Source of the DNA: Octopus sinensis
Taxonomy: Eukaryota
NCBI RefSeq assembly: GCF_006345805.1
Contig: NC_042998.1
Location: 135,470,001 to 135,534,000 of the forward strand
Direction: 5' to 3'
Length of the DNA stretch: 64,000 nucleotides
Position 1 is the first letter of the stretch, and each line of letters begins with the position of its first letter. Below the pieces are notes generated by a model. That model saw nothing but the letters and a program-made list of their open reading frames with translations, was not told the origin of the DNA and did no database searches. This document shows, in pieces, positions 38,480 through 51,824 of the stretch. Position numbers and translations under genes: made by a program.

Positions 38480-38871
38480 CTAGCAGTATCGCCCGGCGTT
38501 GCTCGGGTTTGTTTCGACTCTTTAGAATTGGAATTTTTGAAAAGTAAAAAGTTTGCATTATGTAGCTTGTTTTTCTCTTTAAGTGAACATTTTTCTGGTT
38601 GAAATACACCGAAAAATGGCGACACAGCTGTCAAAAAATCGTAAAAAATAGGGATTTTTATAGAAAAAAAAGCAGCTTTTTGATGTAAATAATTCTTGAT
38701 TTTAACATGGTCCGATTTGAATTTTTATCTTCTACAGAAGGAAGAGCAAGCCTTCTTCTATCATACTCTCAATTTTGGTCAACTTGCGCCGCAGGGTCTC
38801 GGAGGAGATAGTGTTAGTTGAAGGCTACCAAACCTGCCACACACAGACAACTTCAGCTTTATGTATATAGA
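38480..38871 (-). mobile_element. Short non-autonomous Helitron
   Basis: The minus strand starts tctatatacataaagctg and ends aacccgagcaacgccgggcgatactgCTAG|T, the same 3' end as 43383-43900. Confidence 0.75.
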
Positions 38872-39331
38872 CTATTTTTTGACACCATTTTCAACTGAGA
38901 ACTCCTTAAAAAGGCACACTCAAAACTGCTAGAATTTGCATTTTTCAAGCTAGAGAATTCAAACTTGTTCCAATCGATTCAGGAAATTTTTCTATGTATA
39001 ATGCTCATATTTTGTTTTTCGAAAAACTCAAAAATTGAACGTATTTTCGCCCCATTTTTCCGTTGCATTCGCGCAAACACGCGTAGAATCCAACATGTTG
39101 CATGAACACAACTCAAGGCAATAGTGCATGACATCCAATCACTCGCAGAAAATGCATTGTTTCGGGCCTTTGTTATCGAGATAGAGACTTGAAACCTACT
39201 CTGGCCGTAACTACACCACGCCTTCTATAGGTGTATAAATTTTCAGCTCGATTCTAGCACCTCTAGTGCCATTGAATCCTTACCAAAGCCAAAGTGTGCA
39301 AGTTTTTTTCTTCTTTTATATAGGTAGAAGA

Positions 39332-40518
39332 CTAGCTGAAGGTGACCCGCACTATGCGCGGGTAAGAGTGTGGTTGTTACTTTCTGTTGCTTCCTTTCAG
39401 CATGTAAAAAGCACCATCCGAACGTGACCGATTGCAGCGCCGCCTTGACTGGCTTCTGTGCCGGTGGCACGTAAAAGCACCAACGATCGTTGCCGCTGCC
39501 AGCCCCCCTGGCACCTGTGCCGACGGCACGAAAATAGCACCCACTACACTCACAGAGTGGTTGGCGTTAGGAAGGTCATCCACATGTAGAAACACTGCCA
39601 GATCAGACTGGAGCCTGGTGCAGCCTCCTGGCTTCCCAGACCCCGGTCAAACTGTCCAACCCGTGCTAGCACGGAAAACGGACGTTAAACGATGATGATG
39701 ATGATGATTCTCCCTCTGTGTTTCTCTCTCCTTTCTCTCTCACTTTCCCACTCTCTTACTTTTCTTTTCTCTCGGACTCTCCCTCGCTTTCTCTTACTCT
39801 CTATCTTTATCTATCTCTCTCCCATTTATAAACAACTAAAGATCTTGAGTAAGTTGAGAAATAGAATATTTTGAAAGATCAATCATAAATATCAGGCAGT
39901 TGCAACGGAAAGGTCTGCTTCAAGGCAGACAGCAAAACGCTAACATTAAAAAGGGACAGACGAACTTGCGAGCTGAATAAAAATAATAAAATATTGGAAA
40001 CCAAAGTTTGAAGGGATAGAATGTGAGGATAGTAGAGTCACCATGGCTGGCATTTCTTAACGACGGACAGCAACGTATTGACAGTTTAACGGCTGGCGTA
40101 AAATTTTGAACTTGATGTAAAAGAAAATTCGTAAACACCAAGTTTTGAAGTGATTCTTTCTCACGACAGTAGACTCACCATGGCAAGCATTCAAAACTTC
40201 TTTATCATGGACGGCAACACAATTGACGATTAAAAGGCTGGCGCAAATTTTTTAGCTTGATGTAACAGAGAATTCCTAAACACTCGCTCCTTTAAATTTT
40301 AATCCCCTTCCAGCCCCATTTAGACACCTTTTCACATTTTGGTTAATATAACCCGATTTCATTCGGTCTACTGGGGCCACATTTTATAAGATGAGGAATT
40401 TTGTCCTAGAGGTCACGCCTTTCATTTGAGGAAAAAAATAGTTGTCATGCAAACTTGCCAGCACTTTTAACATAGGTGTGCATATTTTCAGCTGAATCGA
40501 CCGACTACGTAATGCACC

Positions 40519-40530
<12 letters not shown>
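39332..40530 (-). mobile_element. Non-autonomous Helitron carrying an RTE 3' UTR fragment
   Basis: 3' hairpin acccgcgcatagtgcgggt followed by CTAG|T; the 5' end merges into (TA)n. Region 39400-39705 matches the RTE 3' UTR at 17640-17900. Confidence 0.65.
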
Positions 40531-40559
<29 letters not shown>

Positions 40560-40565
40560 TATATA

Positions 40566-40601
<36 letters not shown>

Positions 40602-40778
40602 CACGCATTATATATACAAATGTATACAATGAGATATATATCTGTATAAATAAAATTAGAGATAAAACCACTAATAGGCAAATCAAACTGAAAACCAAAA
40701 ACAAATTTTTTTTTAAAATATAATATAGAAAATATAGAAAATATAAAATTGAAAAATTAAAATTATTTAAATTGAAAA

Positions 40779-41628
40779 TTGCCATGGTGAGTCTACTGTC
40801 GTGAGAAAGAATCACTTCAAAACTTGGTGTTTACGAATTTTCTTTTACATCAAGTTCAAAATTTTACGCCAGCCGTTAAACTGTCGATACGTTGCTGTCC
40901 GTCGTTAAGAAATGCCAGCCATGGTGACTCTACTATCCTCACATTCTATCCCTTCAAACTTTGGTTTCCAATATTTTATTATTTTTATTCAGCTCGCAAG
41001 TTCGTCTGTCCCTTTTAAATGTTAGCGTTTTGCTGTCTGCCTTGAAGCAGACCTTTCCGTTGCAACTGCCTGATATTTATGATTGATCTTTCAAAATATT
41101 TTATTTCTCAACTTAATCAAGATCTTTTGTTGTTTATAAATGGGAGAGAGATAGATAAAGATAGAGAGTAAGAGAAAGCGAGGGAGAGTCCGAGAGAAAA
41201 GAAAATTAAGAGAGTGGGAAAGTGAGAGAGAAAGGAGAGAGAAACACAGAGGGAGAATCATCATCATCATCATCGTTTAACGTCCGTTTTCCGTGCTAGC
41301 ACGGGTTGGACAGTTTGACCGGGGCCTGGGAAGCCAGGAGGCTGCACCAGGCTGATCTGGCAGTGTTTCTACATGTGGATGACCTTCCTAACGCCAACCA
41401 CTCTGTGAGTGTAGTGGGTGCTATTTTCGTGCCGCCGGCACAGGTGCCAGGGGGGCTGGCAGCGGCAACGATCGGTTGGTGCTTTTTACGTGCCACCAGC
41501 ACAGAAGCCAGTCAAGGCGGCGCTGCAATCGGTCACGTTCGGATGGTGCTTTTTACGTGCTGAAAGGAAGCAACAGAAAGTAACAACCACACTCTTACCC
41601 GCGCGTAGAGCGGGTCACCTTCAGCTAG
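40779..41628 (+). mobile_element. Inverted, 5'-truncated copy of the preceding Helitron
   Basis: Reverse complement of 39332-40186, ending acccgcgcgtagagcgggtcaccttcagCTAG|T. Confidence 0.75.
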
Positions 41629-43205
41629 TATATGTATAAATTAAATTAGAGATAAAACCACTAATAGGCAAATCAAACAGTGAAAAACCAAAAACAAAAA
41701 CATAAAAATAAAAATATAATATAGAAAATATATAAAATATAAAATTGAAAAATTTAAATTATTTAAATTTAAAATAAAAATTTTTTAATTATTTTTATAA
41801 TTTGTTTAAAAATATATATAACTATGAAAAAGTATTAAAAAGTTTAATATACATAAATACAGATATATACACTTTGTATATATACATTATATATACATAT
41901 TTATATATAGAACACACACACACACATATAAATGAACGCAAGAAATATCTGATTCATAATATTTGTTCTCATGATTGTGTGTTGTTGGTGGCGATGATAA
42001 TTCTCTCTATGAATGCAGACAGCGAGATAAAGAACGCCGTTTGACGAACTTATAAAGGGAAACTGAAGGGAATGGAGGAAATAGCGTGAGTGAGGAAGAC
42101 AGATACGTAAAAGAACGAGAGTGGACTTGTCAAAGTGGGTTTTTGGCCCTAGCAACGACACCTTTTAAGATAGGGATTTCTAAGGTAGCCCACGGGCGTC
42201 GTCACCTCATTTTACATGTCCCTGTAAATTTTGGAGTCAATCCGACTGGATGTAGTGGCCTTGAAAGCGATCCAAACGGTCCAAACGCATTTCAGTTTTA
42301 TATATAGAGACTAGATAATGTTAAATAATTTAAATCTCATTCTTTTGTTTTCTTCTATAATGTTATTTAAACATAAAACAAGAAAGCCTAAAATATTAAA
42401 TAGTACGAAGTAATATTTGAAGATTAAATTTTCAACATTTTCAGGCTTACAGTGAAGAGTACATATCGGAGCGGCCAACAGAAAAGAAAAAAATCTGTAA
42501 CTTGTGAAACAACTTTAAAGTAGTACCAACACATAACAGATATTTGTACCCCGGGAACTTGTACAGATCCACAAGCCCAAAGCTAGGTCCCAAACATCCA
42601 TAACTCAGTGCCACAGCTACTGAGACAATAGGCCCAGGCATCTAAGTGAGGAAATACTGGAAGTGATACAGAGCCAACATTTACGAATGAAACGAAATTC
42701 ACAAAACTCAATGATTTTAGTTAATAAAGATGAACTCATTAACCAAGGATGAACTCACACATTGTATATAATAGTTGAGGCTCCTTAAGGGTGTCAGCAC
42801 GGAAACAATTCCTATTTTAAAACTAAACATCAAGGCAGATATACTTTGAATAGTTATTTTCAGATCAGAAAATAAATGGTGAAATACACAATCAGAAATG
42901 GATAGTATGATCTCCAAAACTGGCTGTGATTATTGTTCTTCAAGTGCAATACTAGCTTCTGACGAATTCCTATTTCAATTCAAAGTCCTAAAAACTCTGA
43001 AGAGTACGGATCAACTTTTATGTAGTTGATATTATGTAAATATTATGTAAATAGAGGAATTCATCTGTAAATATAATATGTGACAATTATTCGGTAGCCA
43101 TGATAAAACTCCGAGTTTCGGATACCAAGGTGGAAATCCAGCCATCGGAAAAATGCTCTGAAAAATGCATATACATATATATATATATATGTATATACAT
43201 GTATA

Positions 43206-43266
<61 letters not shown>

Positions 43267-43382
43267 ATCACGTGACCGACCAGACCATCAGATGTTGCTA
43301 CACATCGCTGGTCACAATGCGTTCGCATTGTTTTAGCCTTCGAACGACGCCACCCCGCTGGCTAAGCGAGCAGGCCAATATA

Positions 43383-43900
43383 TCTATATCTATATATATA
43401 AAACTGTAGTTGTGTGAGTGTCTGTCCTCTTCGATTTAGATTCCTAACTACTCCCACATTTTGCGGTGCAGTTTAACCAAATTCGGGTATCTTATAGTCG
43501 TGATTCATATCGAGCCCGTCTGAGTATTAGCACGCGTCTACGATGAGTCTACGATTTTAAAAATAATTTAACATCATTTTTATTCCATTTTAATGCATAA
43601 TTTTTCGTCTGTCGATGGCGGCGGAGTTGGCGTCCATGGTCACACCTGCACCTGTTTGCTTCTCCCCCTTCTCCCCTCCCTCGTAAAGCTGTGGGGAAGG
43701 GAGTGTAAGGAAATCAACGTCGTAAAGCGTTGTCAAGGAGACCAGTGTTCTTTTAGAACAACGACTCCATGGCTTGAAGACACCAAAACAGAAATGGCTA
43801 AGAAAGCCCGAATTGGCATCTATAAGGGAAGTAACTCTCTAAAAATGCTTATATAGTTATTTCCCTTACAAACCCGAGCAACGCCGGGCGATACTGCTAG
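43383..43900 (+). mobile_element. Non-autonomous Helitron
   Basis: A|TCtatatctatatatataaaactg start, with a 3' hairpin cccgagcaacgccggg followed by CTAG|T at 43897-43901. Confidence 0.8.
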
Positions 43901-45057
43901 TATAATATAAAGTATATTAAACGCTTTTATAAACCAACACCGTGTTATACTGCGTTATCAGTGCGCTTTTACATCACTTGTTAAGGTTATTTCTACAGCT
44001 GTTCTATAGAAATTATAGCCTGCACTGTCTTTTGTTACGACGTTTCGTATCCGAGACGTCAGATGTAAACAATGAAAGCGAAGATGAAAAAAGGGTAATG
44101 GGCATATGAGCCATATCTCGGGAGGTTTTGCTCCTTCATCAGTACATATCTAACCCTTTAATCACCCACGAACATATTGCTTAAACAGCCATTAAATACA
44201 GCGGTGTAACGTTATTGAATGTACTAATTTTACATATTAAACACATTCCTGAAAGCTGGTACGTAAATATTAATGACTTAGGTGTTTACCTGTTAAACGC
44301 TTTGCAACAGGTTTTTATTAAACTGGAAAACTACAGCAATGGACATTTACGTACATGATGGTGCCACTATCTAAGTTGGTATAGTGGAATTCAGGAAGTG
44401 CCGGGGAACAGTAATGTGATAATGAAGCAAGTATGGTTGGTAAATACAATAGAATGCAGTAAGAAGTTCTAAAGATAAAAAAACATGTTTTCTATATTCC
44501 AAATGAAGAAACTTTTCCGATCATAAGGCAACCGTTCCTAACTGTCCTTGCCATTATGCTCAAACGGTTCTCTAAAGAATTGGGTGGTATCTTCAATGTT
44601 TGTTTCTCTAAGTAGAAGTCTGTTTCAGTTTTTGAAATCATGTGATAATGGGCCCTATTTCCAGGAAGAGAAATTTCTCCGATTTCGCCACAGCTGCCCT
44701 ACTTCCATCAACTGTAATAAATGCAGTCATAAACATCCATATCCCTCTTCATCTCGTATCTAATGTATGAGATGTAAATAATCTCTTCATCTCGTATCTA
44801 ATGTAAAATACCTTAAGTTGCCAATGCGTGAGCTTCATCAGTGTCTCATTTCTCTTAGATCGGGAGTTTCTTATCAAGTTACTTCAGTGCATATTGTGTT
44901 GATTGCAATGTTCACCGGTCTACATTCTATCGCCAATGACAAGATTTGGACATGTCTCACACAATCTGTCTTCTGTATATCTACCACCGAAGTGTATACA
45001 CAATAAATAAGAGAACAAAAATACAATATTTGATTTAATAATTAGCCTGATAAATAC

Positions 45058-45165
45058 CTGTCGGTATTTCCTCCAGGGACATTAAGTTGCCATTTATGTT
45101 GGTTATTCGTTCTGGTGTTGATACTCCACTTTTGCGAATGTGGTCACTTAAAGAATAGAAGCCGT
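45058..45165 (-). CDS. HYKK: HYKK-like exon 2 (absent from the ORF track)
   Basis: tctttgtattggcag|AC...ACAG|gtattt, 108 nt, phase 1-1. Encodes DGFYSLSDHIRKSGVSTPERITNINGNLMSLEEIPT and fits between exons 1 and 3. Confidence 0.8.
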
Positions 45166-46104
45166 CTGCCAATACAAAGAAATAAATACTATTTAGAATA
45201 CAGAAACAAAAGTTTATCTTTCGTTTTGCTGTTCAGTCTTGTATTTGTTACAACAAATAATAAAGTAATCTATAAAACTTTTTCCAAGGCAGGAAAACTT
45301 ATTTAAACAATTCTTTACTCTGAGATCAGGGAAGAATCTGTACGCCTGGACTTAGTAGACAGAACACAAGCCTTCTTCATAGATAGAACGATGCTTTCTC
45401 ATATATTATCATCCGCCATTATAAAGTTGTTGATCTTTAGGAAACGTAAGTTCTGTATCAGTAAGGATCTAAGCAATAACGTATCTATTCTTTCTTAAAG
45501 CGTTCTGGAAGATTTGAATATAAATATGTTCACCACTGTTGTATTTAATCATCGGAGAACATCTCTTCAATTTAGTCAATGCGTGTTCATAACATGTACA
45601 ATTCGTTGATGTGAGGGGCCTTTGAGATTCCGAGGTGTTTTGACAGTATTTGCACTTCTTCAGTTAAAGTTAACACGAATTATTGAATCTAAACAAGAAT
45701 ACTGGTTCTTGTTAATAGAAAGTTCTGTATTGATTCAATGTAGATCTCAATCAGGAAGTTGAACTTTGTGAGATTTGAACCCAGAAGGTTCAGGATCAAG
45801 ACTAAATAATTGTTTGACAAACTACTTTCCTGTCAACACTGTGTGAACAAAAGGAGTTTGTTTGTGGTCACTTGATGAAGTAGACATATCAGCTAAATCG
45901 CCTCTGAGTCACATACTGCTGTCTTAAATAAATGTATTACATGATATAATTTAAGATATAGAATCTGCAAAATACAACAGATGGACGTTCAAGATTGCGA
46001 AACATTTCATCATAGATTCGTATGATCAGTGCTGACCTGGAGGTAAGTGCCATCGTCGCAAACTTTTCGCTATTTACCATATTAATCTATTACATCGCAG
46101 ACAC

Positions 46105-46168
<64 letters not shown>

Positions 46169-46189
46169 AGCGTGTGTATGTACATATAT

Positions 46190-46460
46190 ATTCTTTTACT
46201 TGCTTCAGTCGTTGAACGGCAGCCATGCTAAGACACCATCTTGAAGGATTTTAATCGAACAAATCAACAATATTACTTATTTTTTGTCAAAGGCACACAC
46301 ACACACACACATTTACGATGGGCTTCCCCGTAATTTTCATCTACCAAATTCACTCACAAGGCATAGAACGGCTTGGGACTCTTAACACACTTGCTCAAGG
46401 TGCCATATTTCGGTACTGAACTTGTAACCAGATGGTTGCAAAGCGAGCTTTTTATTAACC
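46190..46460 (-). mobile_element. SINE family A, degenerate
   Basis: Reverse complement of the family A tail and head. Confidence 0.6.
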
Positions 46461-46614
46461 ATGGCGCCATGTCCAAGCCTATAGAGATATTTCTAGTCAA
46501 CTTCTTATTTATTCGTGCGTTAAATGCGTTAATACAAAATTATTTGTTTTTCATGTGGATGCCATGTTTGAATTATTTTAGAACACAGAAGTCAATAATA
46601 CCAAGAGATTTTAC

Positions 46615-46879
46615 CGAAAAAATTTTCATTCTTCGAAAATTCCGCATTGAAGATTTTCAACAGGTATCCATTTGAGTCGATTTTTTTAACGTAAGGGTTG
46701 TCATGTTTACTGGTGACATGGACCAAGTAATTGCGATCATCGTAGCTGATGAGTTCGGAAAAATCGATCAGTTCCATTCCATATCGATCTTTAAGCAATT
46801 GAGCAATCATATGTTCAGGCAATTTGATTGGTTTGTAGTCGACTAGATTCATAGTATCACACTCCGTTGAATTTGACAT
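46615..46879 (-). CDS. HYKK: HYKK-like first coding exon
   Basis: ttctcttcag|A-ATG start and donor TTCG|gtaaaa. Encodes MSNSTEC..ELISYDDRNYLV..GYLLKIFN (HYKK-like SYDDxN motif and the ATP-binding Lys). Confidence 0.85.
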
Positions 46880-46890
46880 TCTGAAGAGAA

Positions 46891-46964
<74 letters not shown>

Positions 46965-47071
46965 GGATGATGATGATGGTGATGATGATGATGATGATAA
47001 TAATAATACTCGCCCAAGGATGCTGGGTGTTTCTCGGCAAGTGATTGTGACAAGCATGCAGATTAAAAGTA

Positions 47072-47155
<84 letters not shown>
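46891..47155. repeat. (AAT)n/(GAT)n microsatellites; many similar (TA)n, (CA)n, (CATA)n and (AAT)n arrays occur throughout the window
   Basis: Directly visible. Other arrays lie at 23240-23450, 28450-28670, 34210, 48930-49060, 56545-56795, 59190-59420 and 62390-63080. Confidence 0.95.
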
Positions 47156-47339
47156 TGTACATGGAACAAATATGGACTGCAGTAAAAGTGGAGCAGTTTG
47201 GAATTGCTCGATTATTCCGGATGGTACTCGAAAAATAAGGGGTGTTACCTCAGTTCACTGGTAGTGAACAGCTGACACCGTGGTACATCTCTAGCGTTAG
47301 AAGCTGTGCAAAGACAATTAAATAATAATAATAATGATG

Positions 47340-47890
47340 ATAATGATAAATCCCATGATAAGTGGTACATGCACTATTCAGGTACCTGTATGTAGTAAAT
47401 GGTAAGGACGTCACCATCCTTTGGAACTTCTCAATACAGACAGAAAAATCGACTCCAATCGACCAGACATTGTGATCAAGGACTACAACACAGGAACTCG
47501 TCTGTTGATAGGTATTTTTGTCTCACAAGATCAAAATGTCTCAAGAAAAGAATACGAAAAGTTTTCTCACTATAAAGATCTGCAAATTGAAATCACAAGA
47601 ATGTGGAAGCTTAGTACTACGATAACACCAGTAATAATTGGTACGTTGGGAATGATAAAGAAGGGAGCTGAAAAGCATATTAAGCAACTCCCTGGTAACT
47701 CCATCTCCGTAAACTACAACAGATAACCTTGATAGGTACAACCCATATACTACGGTAAGCACTCTCCATCTAAAATGGAATAAATGTGCTGATAATCTTA
47801 GCATGTATAGCAAAACAAAAGTGACCTTGCTACTCTTGGCCTCTGGAGGACACCCGGTACTGAGGCAGCTAAAATAAAGTTATAATGAAA
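47340..47890 (+). mobile_element. Dong/R4-type non-LTR 3' fragment (restriction-like endonuclease)
   Basis: NRPDIVIKD..KEYEK..YKDL..PVIIGTLG, flanked by (TAA)/(TGA) repeats. Confidence 0.75.
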
Positions 47891-47901
47891 GGAAACCATA
47901 A

Positions 47902-47946
<45 letters not shown>

Positions 47947-47963
47947 GTAATAATAATAATAAT

Positions 47964-48927
47964 TGCAAAAATTTTGCTATTGAGTTCATGCATAAAACCC
48001 ATTTTGAACAGCATGATGGAAGTGCGGCAACTTCTGTTGCAAAGAAGTGAAATCAATGGCAATAAAAAAAAAAGCGTATGACCAACTGGCTGATAGGTGG
48101 GAGCAAAAACCTCTGCATAGAAAATATGTGGCTCGCAGTAAACAAGCTGATGTTGACCAGAAGTACACCCACCAGTGGCTACGGAGCTCAAGGATAAAGA
48201 CAGAGAGCGAAGGCTTCATCTTAGCTGCTCAGGATGAATCCAATGTGATGAAAATTGGAGTAGACCCAAAGTGCCGATGCTGCAACGATGAGATTGAAAA
48301 AGTGGACCACCTAATCTCTGGATGTAAAGTTTTAGCACCTATGGAGTAAAAATCAAGACATGACAGAGTTAGCCAATATCTATACTGGTTAATATGTCGG
48401 CATTATAAAATCAAAACTGCTGACAGATCGTGTAGGCATCATCCTAAAGCTGTATCTGAGGGTTGTGATCATAATGTTTCGGCAAAAGAATTTTGCAATC
48501 TCAGAAAATATAAAGATTTGCTCATTGAAATGGAAAAAAATGTGGCATCCCAAGACGATTGCAATGCCAATGATTGTAGGAACACTTGAAATGAAAAGGA
48601 ACTGCAAATCATTTGAGAATGATCCCTGACTTACCATCCATGCAAGAAGTGCAGAAGATTGTTTTAGCTGGTACGTGACACGTATTGAGAAGATCATTGT
48701 CGTTGTGAATTTTCTTTCCTTCTCCACTTTTTTTTTTACATATTTTCTTTTTTCTATTTTCTATTTTTCCTTTTTTTCGTTCTTTCCCCTTTTTTCTATC
48801 ACATAACTTGAATTTGTAAACGATAAATCTGGCGTGTTTATTTTAATGGCCTACCAATGTATATACTAAGTTCCTTTGCCCTCGGTGTCGGGAAGACACT
48901 CGGCAAGAAATGGAAACAAAATTAAAG

Positions 48928-48930
<3 letters not shown>
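47964..48930 (+). mobile_element. Dong/R4-type non-LTR 3' fragment, degenerate paralogue of 60051-61023
   Basis: KPLH..QWL..ESEGFILAAQD..CRCC..DHLISGC. The 3' UTR ends at (TAA)n. Confidence 0.8.
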
Positions 48931-49009
<79 letters not shown>

Positions 49010-49010
49010 C

Positions 49011-49059
<49 letters not shown>

Positions 49060-49060
49060 A

Positions 49061-50200
49061 CACTCAGGCCATTCTTACGACATTACCCACCTTTTAACAA
49101 AATTGCCTAGGAGTAGAACTTCCTTCTCCATCCTCATTTTCCTTTTCAAGAGAAATTTGAAAAGGTTGATGAGAGCTTGGCTGAAGAAGAAAGTGTCTGT
49201 CTTGAGCCATTTCAGTCTCGCCCTCCACATAACCTCTTTTGCTAGGGCTACCAGGCAAAGAAAAACAGCCTGCCCTTCCCGGCCAAAGGAAGGCAGCGGA
49301 ACTATCCTCACAATGGTTTCAGTCTATAGCCAGAATCATCTTATACGCGACAGCAAGTGTTCGACATAAACACATACGTCAGAAATACTCGGGCATTGGA
49401 CAAGAGCGTGCAGAACGGTTTCGTCGTTCTGCGCGCATCTCGGGAAAGCCCGTCTGGCAGCACTTCCGTGCCTGTAGAATTTATCTCGAACAGTCTGTGC
49501 CCACCGGTAGTTCTGCCAGGCCAAGGATTTCTGGAAATTATCCATAGGCCCCGGCCGGAAGTACTCCAGAACAGGCCAGTCAACTCGTTCTTGTCGACGC
49601 CCAGAGTCTCCCCAAGAACGTCGTCGCACTTACCTGTCACTAACTCTCTATAGAACGCCATATTGAAATTTCCATCGACCGCATTGTCCGACTGATAGAG
49701 GAGTGTGGGTGCCTGACGACATTCTAGGTGACAGGCGCCCTGCCTCGGTCTACGCTTGATCCAGGACTGCAGCTCAGTCAAGGAGACAAGCTGTGAGAAA
49801 TCGCAGCTGACAAACAGTGACCATACCTGCTCAGGGTCTAGGAAGCACTGGAGATGCCGCAACCTCAGCGTCCCTTTCACAAAAAGCGGAATAGTAGGCG
49901 TTCCAGTTTGGTCAGACTCGAACCGGAACGACAGTAAAGTGGTAATTTATGACGGATGCAATGTAAGCATTCGCCATATCCGACCGATCTTTCAGAGATA
50001 GCTTTCTCTCAGCTCATTTCTGGGTGAGATTGGCCACCCTGTTCGCCACCTCGTCCCAGTTCTCCAACTGGAGATTTGGAACGAACCAGACCCCGAGCAA
50101 TTTAACAGGTCCTTAAGTCCAGCGTCCCACGAAGTTGTTGAAGTGCGGAAAGAGACCATGTGAAACCTCTGACAGCAGACTGCTGTCCGCTCTCGCAGAA
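49061..50200 (-). mobile_element. Tx1/L1-like LINE 3' fragment
   Basis: zf-RVT-like FQKSLAW..CAQNDETVLHALVQC and a C-terminal LAKEVMW segment. Confidence 0.6.
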
Positions 50201-50259
50201 TCTACCAGAGCAAACAAAACCGATTGCTCTGAGAAGTAAAACAATAATAATAATAAACT

Positions 50260-51815
50260 GATAAAATCCAGGCTTGCCTATAAACTGAGAAAATTCAGAC
50301 CTGTTTATGAGTTTACTAAAACGAAGATGAGAATAAATCACCTATTTTATGTGAATGACTTCGAGATGTATACAAGAAAAAAAAAAATGAAACAGCCTTG
50401 GAATCTCTGGTCCAACTGAGAATATTCAGTAAAGATATTGGAAAGCAGTCTAGAGTAGATAAGTGCACACTACTAACTATGAAGAGAGGCTGCAAAATAA
50501 AGTTTGATGGCATAAAATTACAACGGTATCATTCGATTGCTATGGAATAAAGAATACAAATACCTCGGAGTTCTGCAAGATGATAAGATAATGGAAAGAG
50601 ATACGAGAAAGTCATTAAATAGTACATAAGGAAAATTAGGAAGGTGGTCGAAAGAAAATTAAATGGAGGGAACATCACTGAAGCCATAAATGGGCAATGC
50701 CAATATTGAGATACTCGTCCTCCTTTCTGAAATGGACAAAGATCGAGCCGCGGAACTTAGAAGAATCAGAAAGCAGCTAACGATGTACAACGCACTCCAT
50801 CCTAAAAGTAATACAGACCGACTCTATCTGCTAAGAAAGGAAGGTGGTAGAGGATTACTAAACGCGGAAGACACTGTTGGTACTGCGATACTGAAAACTT
50901 GTGCAGAGTAAAGAAAGAATACTTTCGGCAGCCAGAGATACCCAAAAAGTGACTGAAATAGTAGGAGAATTCAAAGGGAAAAGGAAGAACAACCGAATGA
51001 ACAAATGGAAAGAAATGGAATTGCATGGTCAATTTATGCAACAAACGGAAAATATTGAAGGTGAAATTTACTGGCTTTGGTTGACAGGCGGGAACTTGAA
51101 ACAAGAAACAGAAACGTTAATCAAAACCGGTCAGGAACAAGCCCTTAGAACAAATCTACTCAAGGCAAAGTTCGATAAAACTCAATCAAGCAGCAAATGT
51201 AAAATTTGCAAGAGAGAAGACGAGAGTATCAATCACATTTTGAGTGAGTGCAGTATACTAGCACAAAAGGAGTACAAGCGAAGACATGACTGCGTAGGCT
51301 AAAGTGTGCATTTGGATGTTAGTCGAGTATGTGGCTTTAGAACAGCAGAAAAGTGATATGAGCATGAACCAGAAGCTGTACTAGAAAATGATGTTAAAAA
51401 CTGAGCATACTATTGAGGCAAGAAGACCAGATATTATTATAGGCGACAAAATAAACAAACAGTCCAAGATCATAGATATTGCAGTTCCCTATGATAGTAG
51501 AGTTGATACCAAAGAAATGGAAAAAATTGAGAAATACCAGGATCTAACCAGAGAGCTGAGGAAACTGTGGAAGACCAAGACAACAATTTTTCCTGTAATA
51601 ATAAGTGTACTTGATACAACCAACATCCAAAATGCTACCTAAAAGAATGAAAGAAATTGTAATTGAAACTCGAATTGTTGATTTCCGAAAAAGCCTCATC
51701 CTATATTCTGCTAAAATCTGAAGAAAAATTCTAGAGATTTGAGGAAACGTGTTGTTACCAAACTTCAAGATTAAATACCTGCTAATTAACTTAGCATGCA
51801 CCTAGCGTAATGATT
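50260..51815 (+). mobile_element. Dong/R4-type non-LTR fragment (RT end, CCHC, RLE)
   Basis: HLFYVND, YKYLGV, RLYLLRKEGGRGL, CKIC..ESINHILSEC..RRHD and RRPDII..IIDIAVP..K.EKY. Confidence 0.8.
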
Positions 51816-51824
51816 ATAATTATG

